Positions 1 to 6,931 of a stretch of 34,355 nt of DNA are shown here, piece after piece. The notes under the pieces were generated by a model, which made no database searches, was not told the DNA's origin, and saw nothing but the letters and a program-made list of their open reading frames with translations. A program made the position numbers and the translations under genes. Source of the stretch: Candidatus Parcubacteria bacterium (GTDB lineage Bacteria > Patescibacteriota > Minisyncoccia > 2-02-FULL-40-12 > GWA2-44-9); the NCBI GenBank assembly GCA_019662005.1, contig JAIFWG010000001.1:1-34355 (forward strand), in the 5' to 3' direction. Each line of letters begins with the position of its first letter. The stretch's first letter is position 1.

Positions 1-132
1 ACTGTATGGAATAAAGGAAAAAGGACTAAACGATTAATTAAGTGTATTTGCAGTAAGATTTTTGATGCTAAAAGGAAAAATACATCATCATGTTCATGTA
101 AATGTGAACAGCTTAGGAGGAAATTATGTTAA
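1..132 (+). CDS. 3' end of an ORF entering from the left edge (last 43 codons; basic, Cys-rich tail)
   Basis: Frame 1 is open from base 1 to TAA at 130-132. Translation is TVWNKGKRTKRLIKCICSKIFDAKRKNTSSCSCKCEQLRRKLC. It is absent from the ORF track because the start lies outside the window. Function is not assignable. Confidence 0.3.
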   Translation, partial: TVWNKGKRTKRLIKCICSKIFDAKRKNTSSCSCKCEQLRRKLC

Positions 133-182
133 TCAACCTCATAGAAAACGGGATAGTTAAAAATGATGAAGTTACAAAGTAG
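126..182 (+). CDS. 18-codon micro-ORF (MLINLIENGIVKNDEVTK)
   Basis: ATG at 126 lies 5 nt downstream of a perfect AGGAGG (115-120) and overlaps the preceding stop. TAG is at 180-182. It is very short, so coding status is uncertain. Confidence 0.25.
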   Translation: MLINLIENGIVKNDEVTK

Positions 183-189
183 CGAATTT

Positions 190-215
190 GTTTACATTGC
201 GGAGAAGATGTAAAC
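190..215 (+). other. Stem-loop (8-bp stem GTTTACAT / ATGTAAAC, 10-nt loop)
   Basis: A perfect inverted repeat read directly from the sequence, just downstream of the micro-ORF stop. There is no U-tract. Confidence 0.4.
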
Positions 216-219
216 GATA

Positions 220-260
220 ATGGCCGTATCATGGCCGTATTCAATGGAAAATGGCCGATA
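220..260 (+). repeat. Three phased direct repeats ATGGCCG(T)AT
   Basis: ATGGCCGTAT occurs at 220-229 and 231-240, and ATGGCCGATA at 251-260. A further ATGGCAC at 269-275 runs into the tRNA-like element. Start-to-start spacings are 11, 20 and 18 nt. Confidence 0.6.
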
Positions 261-270
261 ACAGAATTAT

Positions 271-344
271 GGCACTCAAGGGAAGTTGGTAACCGCGGTG
301 TTAAGACATCGAGATGCAAGTTCGATTCTTGCTGAGTGCCACCA
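271..344 (+). tRNA. tRNA-like element with non-canonical D arm and anticodon loop (possible degenerate tRNA or att-type tRNA mimic)
   Basis: Hand-folded. An 8-bp acceptor pairing joins GGCACTCA (271-278) to TGAGTGCC (333-340), followed by ACCA. The T arm is perfect: GCAAG-TTCGATT-CTTGC (316-332). A 5-bp stem (296-300 / 307-311) closes only a 6-nt loop, TTAAGA. The D stem has only 2 Watson-Crick pairs, although the loop carries the GG. It is not a standard cloverleaf. Confidence 0.45.
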
Positions 345-411
345 AATTACGATAGGTACAACACAAGTTCAACACAGGTACAAATTGTACCTATCAATTG
401 GAGAGAATGAG

Positions 412-759
412 ATGTCAGGATTATTGCCTTGTCCGTTTTGCGGAAATAAAAATGTCTCATTGATTGATAGAGGCCACGCTAGACCTAGGTGGGAAATAAG
501 ATGTAATTGTGGCGGCAAAAATGGTGGCCATGAAACAGAAAATCAAGCCATCGAATCATGGAACAAACGCAAAGATTGCAACGACGAAGGTTTCGCCAAA
601 GGCTATCAGGCAGCGCTGGATGACATTGAACAAGCCGCAAATAATTTTTATGAATATGCTAGAGAAATAAATATTGTATGGTTAGAAGCTAAGATTGAAG
701 AATTGAAAGAGAAGCAAACCGACAACAAACTGGCAACAAACCAACGGGGTGAGGGATGA
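412..759 (+). CDS. Lar-family restriction alleviation protein with C-terminal coiled-coil extension
   Basis: The N-terminus LPCPFCGNKNV...RPRWEIRCNCGG...ENQAIESWNKR matches the Lar zinc-ribbon pattern as I recall it. I place the start at ATG 412 (SD GGAGAGA 399-405) rather than the track start at 286, which would overlap the tRNA-like element. Confidence 0.75.
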   Translation: MSGLLPCPFCGNKNVSLIDRGHARPRWEIRCNCGGKNGGHETENQAIESWNKRKDCNDEGFAKGYQAALDDIEQAANNFYEYAREINIVWLEAKIEELKEKQTDNKLATNQRGEG

Positions 760-1019
760 AAATATATAAATATCCGGTTCCAATTGCCGATAATTTCATT
801 ATAGAAATGCCACTTAATGCTGAAATACTATCTTTTCAGGCGCAGAACAATGTTTTAAATTTATGGGCAGCAGTTTGGCCTAATAGTTCACTTGAAGAAA
901 GAAAGTTTTCCTTTGTCGGAACGGGTCACGATATTGATATGGATTATGTAAAAAAGTTTATCGGCACAGCACAGCTTATGTCAGGTATGTATGTCTGGCA
1001 TTTATTTGAAATGAAATAA
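756..1019 (+). CDS. Conserved small phage protein of unknown function
   Basis: An ATGA overlap links it to the upstream stop. MKIYKYPVP...LWA...GTGH...VWHLFE resembles a widespread phage hypothetical family. Confidence 0.7.
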   Translation: MKIYKYPVPIADNFIIEMPLNAEILSFQAQNNVLNLWAAVWPNSSLEERKFSFVGTGHDIDMDYVKKFIGTAQLMSGMYVWHLFEMK

Positions 1020-1039
1020 TACGAATAAAGGGTGATGGG

Positions 1040-1240
1040 ATGAAATGGATTAGCGTCAAAGATAGATTGCCGGAAAAAAGCGGTTATTATCTTATTACTT
1101 ATTCTTTTGATAACCACAGATTTTATAAAGCTGCGTGGTTCAACCAAAATTATAAATTTGCAACTACAGCTAATGATATTATTACACACTGGATGCCATT
1201 GCCCGAACCACCAGAAAGTACCGCCAGCGAAGTTAAGTGA
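1040..1240 (+). CDS. DUF551-domain phage protein
   Basis: The N-terminus WISVKDRLPE... and the C-terminal HWMPLPEPPE are characteristic of DUF551. SD is AAGGG. Confidence 0.8.
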   Translation: MKWISVKDRLPEKSGYYLITYSFDNHRFYKAAWFNQNYKFATTANDIITHWMPLPEPPESTASEVK

Positions 1241-1413
1241 TGAGTGAATCATGCCGTGATTGTGGAAAAGAAATATGGGCAATAGTAAACGTCAATGAAC
1301 GCATTGGCACAGAAAAGCCAACCTATTTGCACACAGTTTGCTATGAACGATTAAAAAGAAATTGTGATTTGTTTATTAAGGAGCTTGAAAAAGCAACCGA
1401 TGGACTATTTTAA
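1240..1413 (+). CDS. 57-aa Cys-containing small protein
   Basis: It falls below the track length threshold. ATG 1240 overlaps the upstream TGA (GTGATGA). Translation is MSESCRDCGKEIWAIVNVNERIGTEKPTYLHTVCYERLKRNCDLFIKELEKATDGLF, with stop at 1411-1413. Confidence 0.5.
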   Translation: MSESCRDCGKEIWAIVNVNERIGTEKPTYLHTVCYERLKRNCDLFIKELEKATDGLF

Positions 1414-1454
1414 AGAGTGATATAATAATTTGTCTAACAAATGAGGGTTAAGCC

Positions 1455-1631
1455 ATGCCTAAGCCCGAGTTAAAAAGATCGAAAGCGAGATTTTTCCAGC
1501 CAAAAGACAAAGAATGCCACCAAGACCAAAATGTCACGGTTAATGTAACAGTGAATGAAAAGCCCGAACCTGATGCTGTCACTGATTGCTTCAAGGCGTT
1601 ATTCAGCTGCACAAAAAAGGCGGCCACATAA
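1455..1631 (+). CDS. 58-aa hypothetical protein
   Basis: ATG 1455 is preceded by GAGGG (1443-1447). The frame is open to TAA at 1629-1631. It fills an otherwise non-coding gap in a tightly packed operon. Confidence 0.5.
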   Translation: MPKPELKRSKARFFQPKDKECHQDQNVTVNVTVNEKPEPDAVTDCFKALFSCTKKAAT

Positions 1632-1639
1632 GGATTTAA

Positions 1640-1948
1640 ATGTCAGAGAAAAAAGGTAATTGGAAAGAAACCAATCCCGAAGAAAACGAACGCGGCTATG
1701 TTGAGCTGATGTTTCAACACCCTGAATGCGTGGACGATCAGCACTGGTATAAGGCCACCGTTCGCCATGATGGCTGTATCCATTTTTACAGGGCATATAA
1801 CGAGCCATTTACAAACAAACTCGGCATTAGGCATACCAATCAAGATTATATTCACGTATGCGATATTGACGAGTACATTGATATACTTCAAAAGCTGAAA
1901 AAAACAGCAGTAAAATACTTCGCCAAGCATGGGAGAAAGTGGGGATGA
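1640..1948 (+). CDS. Hypothetical protein (102 aa)
   Basis: ORF with an AAGGA SD. I recognise no family. Confidence 0.7.
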   Translation: MSEKKGNWKETNPEENERGYVELMFQHPECVDDQHWYKATVRHDGCIHFYRAYNEPFTNKLGIRHTNQDYIHVCDIDEYIDILQKLKKTAVKYFAKHGRKWG

Positions 1949-2028
1949 GGACGCAGGAAGCTTTTGTGGTCTGCACGTTTATTATTTGTTTCACGATGTT
2001 TTTAATAACTATAAATGTTTTTGTTTAA
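1945..2028 (+). CDS. 27-aa hydrophobic micropeptide candidate (MRTQEAFVVCTFIICFTMFLITINVFV)
   Basis: An ATGA overlap links it to the stop of the upstream gene. It has a single transmembrane-like hydrophobic stretch. TAA is at 2026-2028. Confidence 0.3.
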   Translation: MRTQEAFVVCTFIICFTMFLITINVFV

Positions 2029-2037
2029 AGGACTAGC

Positions 2038-2592
2038 ATGAGAAACGTATTAATCATTGATACGGAAACAAACGGACTTGACCCTAACAAGGGCGCTAAG
2101 GTGATCGAAGTGGGGGCTATGCTTTATAGTGTCGAGCATAAAGTGGTATTGCAGAATATTTCCACCTTCCTGCCGTGTGATATTAACCCCGTCGAGGATA
2201 TTAATAACATTAAAGCAGAGTGGACACAGGAGCGAGTGCCGGTTGAAGCAAGTATCCAGATGTTAAAATGGATGGGCAAGTCTGCGGACGCCTATGTCGC
2301 CCATAACGCTGAATTTGATAAGCGTTTTTTGCGAACTATTAATGGCCTTGATGGTGAATTCTGGTCGAAAAAGTGGATTTGCACGAAGCGGGATTTCAAA
2401 TGGCCTGTGCAATTATTCAGGCAGCGACTACAGGACGTTTGTGCTGCTATGGGAGTGACGTATGCGGACGCGCACCGTGCTTTGATTGACTGTCATTTCA
2501 TTGCCATGTGTTTTAGCAAGGTTGATGATCTGGAACAAAGATTGATTAATGCGACACAAAATACTTTTGGGAAGGCGGGGTCGTTTCGTTGA
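2038..2592 (+). CDS. DnaQ-like (DEDDh) 3'-5' exonuclease
   Basis: Exo motifs are present: IIDTETNGL (ExoI), AHNAEFDKRFL (ExoII) and HRALIDC (ExoIII with His). Confidence 0.9.
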   Translation: MRNVLIIDTETNGLDPNKGAKVIEVGAMLYSVEHKVVLQNISTFLPCDINPVEDINNIKAEWTQERVPVEASIQMLKWMGKSADAYVAHNAEFDKRFLRTINGLDGEFWSKKWICTKRDFKWPVQLFRQRLQDVCAAMGVTYADAHRALIDCHFIAMCFSKVDDLEQRLINATQNTFGKAGSFR

Positions 2593-2720
2593 AAAAAATC
2601 GCTGGAATAATTCTCTGTGTAATTGGACTGCATAAGTGGAAAACCGAAAAATACATTTCCATGACTTGCTTACTCGAAGAATGTCAACGTTGCAAAAGCC
2701 TAAGAGTCATTGAGTCTTAG
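2589..2720 (+). CDS. 43-aa small phage protein, DUF1660-like (GLHKW...C..C)
   Basis: TTG start at 2589 overlaps the exonuclease stop. Translation is LKKIAGIILCVIGLHKWKTEKYISMTCLLEECQRCKSLRVIES. This pattern is recurrent in small prophage proteins. Confidence 0.45.
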   Translation: MKKIAGIILCVIGLHKWKTEKYISMTCLLEECQRCKSLRVIES

Positions 2721-2732
2721 GGGTGAGGGTAA

Positions 2733-3143
2733 TTGATCGCAATATTTTTATTCTACAAGTTCTCAAACGGCATTCAGGCTAATTTAGCCTTTAGCAAAAC
2801 GTTCAGGCATTGCAATATAATCACCTATGATGGCGTGAATTGGGTCAATTACGAGCTGGACTTGTATGGTATCCATTCAAGGGTGTTGGAGGTGAAGGAA
2901 GGGGTTGCATTAATTCGGGGCTTGAAGGTCATCAAGGAGTTAATTGCCATGGTGACGGTCTGGATTGATAAGCGGGCACGGTTTCCTTGGAAGCCTTGGT
3001 GGGTGAGGTCGTGCAATGAGTTCGATCGGTACGTTTCTGGAATAGATGTTGGTTTTACGTTCAACCCTCGCCATTTATATGCCAAGTTGTTAAAGTATGA
3101 CAAGGTAAGAAACTACGAAATATTGCAGCAATGGAGGCGGTGA
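2733..3143 (+). CDS. Hypothetical protein (136 aa) upstream of head genes
   Basis: TTG start after GAGGG (2724-2728). There is no in-frame ATG until far downstream. I recognise no family. Confidence 0.6.
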   Translation: MIAIFLFYKFSNGIQANLAFSKTFRHCNIITYDGVNWVNYELDLYGIHSRVLEVKEGVALIRGLKVIKELIAMVTVWIDKRARFPWKPWWVRSCNEFDRYVSGIDVGFTFNPRHLYAKLLKYDKVRNYEILQQWRR

Positions 3144-3144
3144 T

Positions 3145-3378
3145 ATGGGGTTATTTGATGAAGAATCATCCCCTCGGTCTAATGAACTGGTGGAAGAACA
3201 GATAACACAGAATAGAGCCGAGCTGGAAGAAAAGCGCCATAGCCTTGCTGAGCAGAGAATGGCGATAGTCAAATCTCAAGGCGGTGAGAATTGGGTGGCA
3301 GATCGAAATGCCTCTTATTCAAGTGGTGCAGCAAAACAACCCCCTCGCGGTGGATGGTTCAACGGATTTATTAGATAA
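3145..3378 (+). CDS. Small head-module protein (77 aa)
   Basis: GGAGG SD, immediately upstream of the portal gene. The product is charged and helical. The position resembles small T7-type head proteins. Confidence 0.65.
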   Translation: MGLFDEESSPRSNELVEEQITQNRAELEEKRHSLAEQRMAIVKSQGGENWVADRNASYSSGAAKQPPRGGWFNGFIR

Positions 3379-3395
3379 GGGTCAGGGATGAGTGA

Positions 3396-4964
3396 ATGGA
3401 TTCTGAATTACAAGAACGTTTTCTCGAAGCAAGAGCCTATAAAGACCGTTGGCTTGCATTGTACAAAGAGCTTTATTTCTACGTAATCCCGAATCGTGAT
3501 GCTTTTAACATCAAGTTTAACTATACCGACACTGGAAAACCTGTTACCCAGCAAGTATGGGATGACACGGCCGTATTAGCGGCCTATCAACGAGCAAATG
3601 ATCTTCACGGGTTGTTACTCCCAAAGGATAGGGTGTGGGGCAAACTCGTCCTTGATCCGCACCTATATCCGAAACAATTGATTAAGCAAGCACAGGGAGT
3701 AATGGATGAAATCAATAGCCGTATATTCTTTTATCTTAACGAATCTAATCTTAGCCGCGTGGTCAGTAGCAGTAACCTTGATCTGGTGGGTGGGACTGGT
3801 GCTATTTGGGTTGAATCCATCAGCGATGAAGTACCGTTATATTTTCGGAGCATTCCTGCTGTTGCTCTTTATATTGAATATAGTACGGATGATGTAATTA
3901 ATACGTGCTGGTATGGCTGCAAGAAAACCGGAAGATCGGTGTTGAAAGACTTCCCTGATTATTCTGGTAAGCAATTAAAGGGTTTGCAAGAAAATCCGAA
4001 TGATAGCTATATCGTGAATTATGGCCAGATAAGATATAGCGACGATCACTATTACATATATGCTTTCTTGGATGATGACCCGTTATATCCATTGTGGGAG
4101 CGTGACAGCACGTACCCGCAAATCATCGTATATCGTGACAGGGTAAGACCTGGGGAAGCAGAAGGCCGTGGAGTTGGCATGGATTTACTGCCGACGATCA
4201 AAGATTTAAACCGCATTACTGAATACAGTCGTAAAAATATGGCATTTAAAGCTAATCCGCCAATATTTTACGATGCTGGTTCCTATTTTAACCCCTTCTC
4301 AGTGCGCCAGTGGGCTGGTGCTATGATTGCTAGAAACCCGCAGGGGCGCAATCCACTTGAAGCAATGAATATGCCGGAACATCCGGACGTGTTGCAGCAT
4401 ATCATCCGGCTTCAGGAAACAATACTTAAGGGGTTCCAGGTAGACCCGCTCGGTGAGATTAATACTCCCGTCCGGTCGGCTACCGAGGTTTCTATACGCG
4501 AGAACAGAGCGCAACGCACGTCTGCCACAGATATTAGTCGTTTGATTAACGAGCAGCCTAAGCAAATCTTTGACGTTTCTGCGCGTATTCTCAATGAACG
4601 TGGATTGCTACAGAAGCCGAATAAGACTATCCCAGGCTTTTCAACGAAGAAACTCAAATTCGATTATGTATCGCCATTGTATGATCTTCAGAACCAAGAA
4701 GATTTAAACCACTTCCAGATGAATCTGCAAATCAAGCAGCAATATTTTGGAGAAGGTGCTGCACTTGCAACCGTGAATATCTTCGAGGCGAACGAATTTT
4801 TAACTGAGAAACTGAACCTGCCGAGAAAACTCTTTGCCTCAGATGATGAGATCAGGAAATTCCTGCAAGGATTGGCACAGAAGCAGGAAGAAGCTGCAAT
4901 TCCTTCTCCGGCTACAACTGCGGCACCTGCGAAATTACCCGAAGCACCTGGAGTCGTTGTTTAA
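3396..4964 (+). CDS. Portal (head-tail connector) protein, T7 gp8-like
   Basis: 522 aa, at the first position of the head module. The N-terminus (R..EAR.YKDRW..LY.E.Y.Y..P.RD) is as in podoviral head-to-tail connecting proteins. Confidence 0.85.
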   Translation: MDSELQERFLEARAYKDRWLALYKELYFYVIPNRDAFNIKFNYTDTGKPVTQQVWDDTAVLAAYQRANDLHGLLLPKDRVWGKLVLDPHLYPKQLIKQAQGVMDEINSRIFFYLNESNLSRVVSSSNLDLVGGTGAIWVESISDEVPLYFRSIPAVALYIEYSTDDVINTCWYGCKKTGRSVLKDFPDYSGKQLKGLQENPNDSYIVNYGQIRYSDDHYYIYAFLDDDPLYPLWERDSTYPQIIVYRDRVRPGEAEGRGVGMDLLPTIKDLNRITEYSRKNMAFKANPPIFYDAGSYFNPFSVRQWAGAMIARNPQGRNPLEAMNMPEHPDVLQHIIRLQETILKGFQVDPLGEINTPVRSATEVSIRENRAQRTSATDISRLINEQPKQIFDVSARILNERGLLQKPNKTIPGFSTKKLKFDYVSPLYDLQNQEDLNHFQMNLQIKQQYFGEGAALATVNIFEANEFLTEKLNLPRKLFASDDEIRKFLQGLAQKQEEAAIPSPATTAAPAKLPEAPGVVV

Positions 4965-5239
4965 TGGTTGATGGCCTGCTGAAACTCGAAAAAATAAACC
5001 GTGACGAGTATGACACCTATATGTTGTTTGCCCAGTCTGAAATGGGCAGGGCATGGTTTGAGCGAAGGGTTTGGGAGACATACATGGATGAGCCTAGTCC
5101 GGATCATTGCATTGGTGAAGCTTTTGCTTATTGTGACGGCCGTCGCGGAATATTCAGGAATATTAAGTCTACAATCGAAAAAATAAATCATTTATTGAAG
5201 GAACAAGCGAATGAGCGAGCAGACTCAGAACAACAATGA
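4964..5239 (+). CDS. Hypothetical head-module protein (91 aa)
   Basis: A TAATG overlap links it to the portal stop. It lies between the portal and scaffold genes. Confidence 0.65.
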   Translation: MVDGLLKLEKINRDEYDTYMLFAQSEMGRAWFERRVWETYMDEPSPDHCIGEAFAYCDGRRGIFRNIKSTIEKINHLLKEQANERADSEQQ

Positions 5240-5852
5240 GAAATTATACGCTGGCAAGTTTAAGACTGTTGAAGAATTAGAAGCTGGTTACAAAAACTCC
5301 CTCCCTGTATTTCAGGAAAACGAAAACCTGAAAAAGAAAGTGGACGAAGTAACAAAGGTGCCGGACGAATACATGACACCGAAAGAAGTGGCTTTGCATG
5401 ATGACGATTTAAAGGAAGTCAAAAGGATTGCAAAAAGCAGTGGGCTGACACAGGCACAATATGAAAAGCTGGCTAACGAAACCTATGCCAAGACTCAAGC
5501 CAATGTTAGCAGCTACGAAGCTGCTAAAAAGGAACTTGGCGCTGATAAAATAAACCAGCTACAGGATTTTGTTAATAAAAAATACGGTGATAAGGTTGGC
5601 AGCACGATTTTAAAGAATGCGATCACCAATAAAGATCTACAAGCTGAGCTATTTGAGCAGCGCACGAAAGAATTAAATAGCACGGTGCCAGGCATGAGTC
5701 GGTCGGGTGGTGCGCCTAGTTATTCGATCAATCACAAAGACGTATTGGCTGCCCGAACTGAGATGGAAAATACCCGTGGCAAAGCCAGGGTTGAGGCGCG
5801 AAATAGATATATTGAGATTCAGCGCCAGTATGCACATAGAGAGAAAAGTTGA
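5211..5852 (+). CDS. Scaffolding protein
   Basis: 213 aa, highly charged and helical. It lies between the portal and major capsid genes, as in T7 gene 9. Confidence 0.65.
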   Translation: MSEQTQNNNEKLYAGKFKTVEELEAGYKNSLPVFQENENLKKKVDEVTKVPDEYMTPKEVALHDDDLKEVKRIAKSSGLTQAQYEKLANETYAKTQANVSSYEAAKKELGADKINQLQDFVNKKYGDKVGSTILKNAITNKDLQAELFEQRTKELNSTVPGMSRSGGAPSYSINHKDVLAARTEMENTRGKARVEARNRYIEIQRQYAHREKS

Positions 5853-5886
5853 CCTTTTTTTCAATAAGGATATAAAATTAGGCATT

Positions 5887-5925
5887 GAAAGTTTAAGCCC
5901 GCGTAAGCGATAACCTTAAGCTTTC
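5887..5925 (+). other. Stem-loop in scaffold-capsid intergenic region (11-bp stem including one G.U)
   Basis: GAAAGTTTAAG (5887-5897) pairs with CTTAAGCTTTC (5915-5925). The loop itself contains CGC-GTAA-GCG. Confidence 0.45.
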
Positions 5926-5980
5926 GATCAAGAACAATATCAGCCGGTCATCAGACCATAACCTGGTAGTTGCTCAAGAC

Positions 5981-6000
5981 GTTTTGCGTTCGCGCAAAGC
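5981..6000 (+). other. Stem-loop with UUCG tetraloop just upstream of the capsid gene
   Basis: GTTTTGCG-TTCG-CGCAAAGC forms an 8-bp stem with one G.U. There is no U-tract, so it is not a terminator. Confidence 0.5.
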
Positions 6001-6029
6001 AAATTGAACACTATCGGGAGTATGTCAGG

Positions 6030-6914
6030 ATGACAGACCAAATTGATTTGGCTACCGCGTCGGAACTATTCGACACGGAAGTCACCATTAAGTACCAAAA
6101 CAAACAATTTCTTGCTAACACCATTGAAGAACGCCACGGCACCACTGGTGAAGCGACCAACGTACCCGTTTCAGATTTGATTGAAATGGAATCGCAGACT
6201 TTCGCACCGGCTGACATTCCAGTCACGCCAGTAAACCCCACGAACGTAATGGTTGTGCCTTACAACTACGCACTAAAAACCGTTATCGGTGGTGGTGAAA
6301 AAACCCTATTCGCGTATGACAAGATTGTAGATCATGCCAAGCTGCACGGATTAGCCGCTGCACGTATGGTGGACTACATCAAGATCAATGCGCTATTTTC
6401 TTACAGTGGTTTCGGCAGTATTTATACTGTTGAATCTACGGTAGGGGCTAATACAGGGATGAATGAGGGCAAGCTCGCAGAAGGATTGAGCTACCTTGAG
6501 GATCAAGGCGTTGACGTGATGGAAAACGCTTGCTCTCTCTGGCTCCCTGCTATCACCAAGGCCTCTATGTTAAATGACGATCGTGTCGTTAACCTGTTCT
6601 ATAACGACAAGCGTCCTTTGGTGGATAACCGTTTGGCTTCCTACTTGGGTGTCGATATTCGAACCCTCGGCAGCAACGGCATCAACACCATTCCATACAC
6701 AACCGCAATGAGCATTGACACTTACTTGGTGCCTTTAGTTCATCAGGACGCAATGGTGCAGATTTTCAACCGTGATGTGTCTACCTCGATTACATGGGTG
6801 CCACAAAATGACCGTTGGGAATTATTAACTGTTTTAACTTCAGGTGCGCAAGTTATCCAAGGTAACGGTATTGCGCTGATCGAAGTTGAAAATCCCTACG
6901 CGGCTAACCCATAA
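6030..6914 (+). CDS. Major capsid protein
   Basis: 294 aa from ATG 6030 (SD GGGAG 6016-6020). The track's TTG 5970 extension covers the UUCG hairpin, so I reject it. The gene sits after the scaffold gene. Confidence 0.85.
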   Translation: MTDQIDLATASELFDTEVTIKYQNKQFLANTIEERHGTTGEATNVPVSDLIEMESQTFAPADIPVTPVNPTNVMVVPYNYALKTVIGGGEKTLFAYDKIVDHAKLHGLAAARMVDYIKINALFSYSGFGSIYTVESTVGANTGMNEGKLAEGLSYLEDQGVDVMENACSLWLPAITKASMLNDDRVVNLFYNDKRPLVDNRLASYLGVDIRTLGSNGINTIPYTTAMSIDTYLVPLVHQDAMVQIFNRDVSTSITWVPQNDRWELLTVLTSGAQVIQGNGIALIEVENPYAANP

Positions 6915-6931
6915 TCAGGAGGATTTTATAA

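Noticed and set aside
271-344. The tRNA-like element as the attP core of an integrating phage.
   Set aside because: This is not adopted as the primary call. No integrase or excisionase is visible in 34 kb, and both halves of the acceptor stem are present, whereas an attP usually carries only the 3' part. It is kept as an alternative in the findings.
286-411. The N-terminal 42 codons of the 157-aa track ORF (Lar gene extension).
   Set aside because: The extension overlaps the tRNA-like element and has no SD. The Lar zinc ribbon begins right after ATG 412, which has a GGAGAGA SD.
944-1930. The minus-strand ORFs 944-1282, 1599-1808 and 1643-1930.
   Set aside because: They are antisense to the DUF551 gene and neighbouring plus-strand genes. 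There are no translation signals, and the region is AT-rich and therefore stop-poor.
5970-6029. The TTG-initiated 20-codon extension of the capsid ORF.
   Set aside because: It covers the UUCG hairpin and has no SD. ATG 6030 has GGGAG at the correct spacing.
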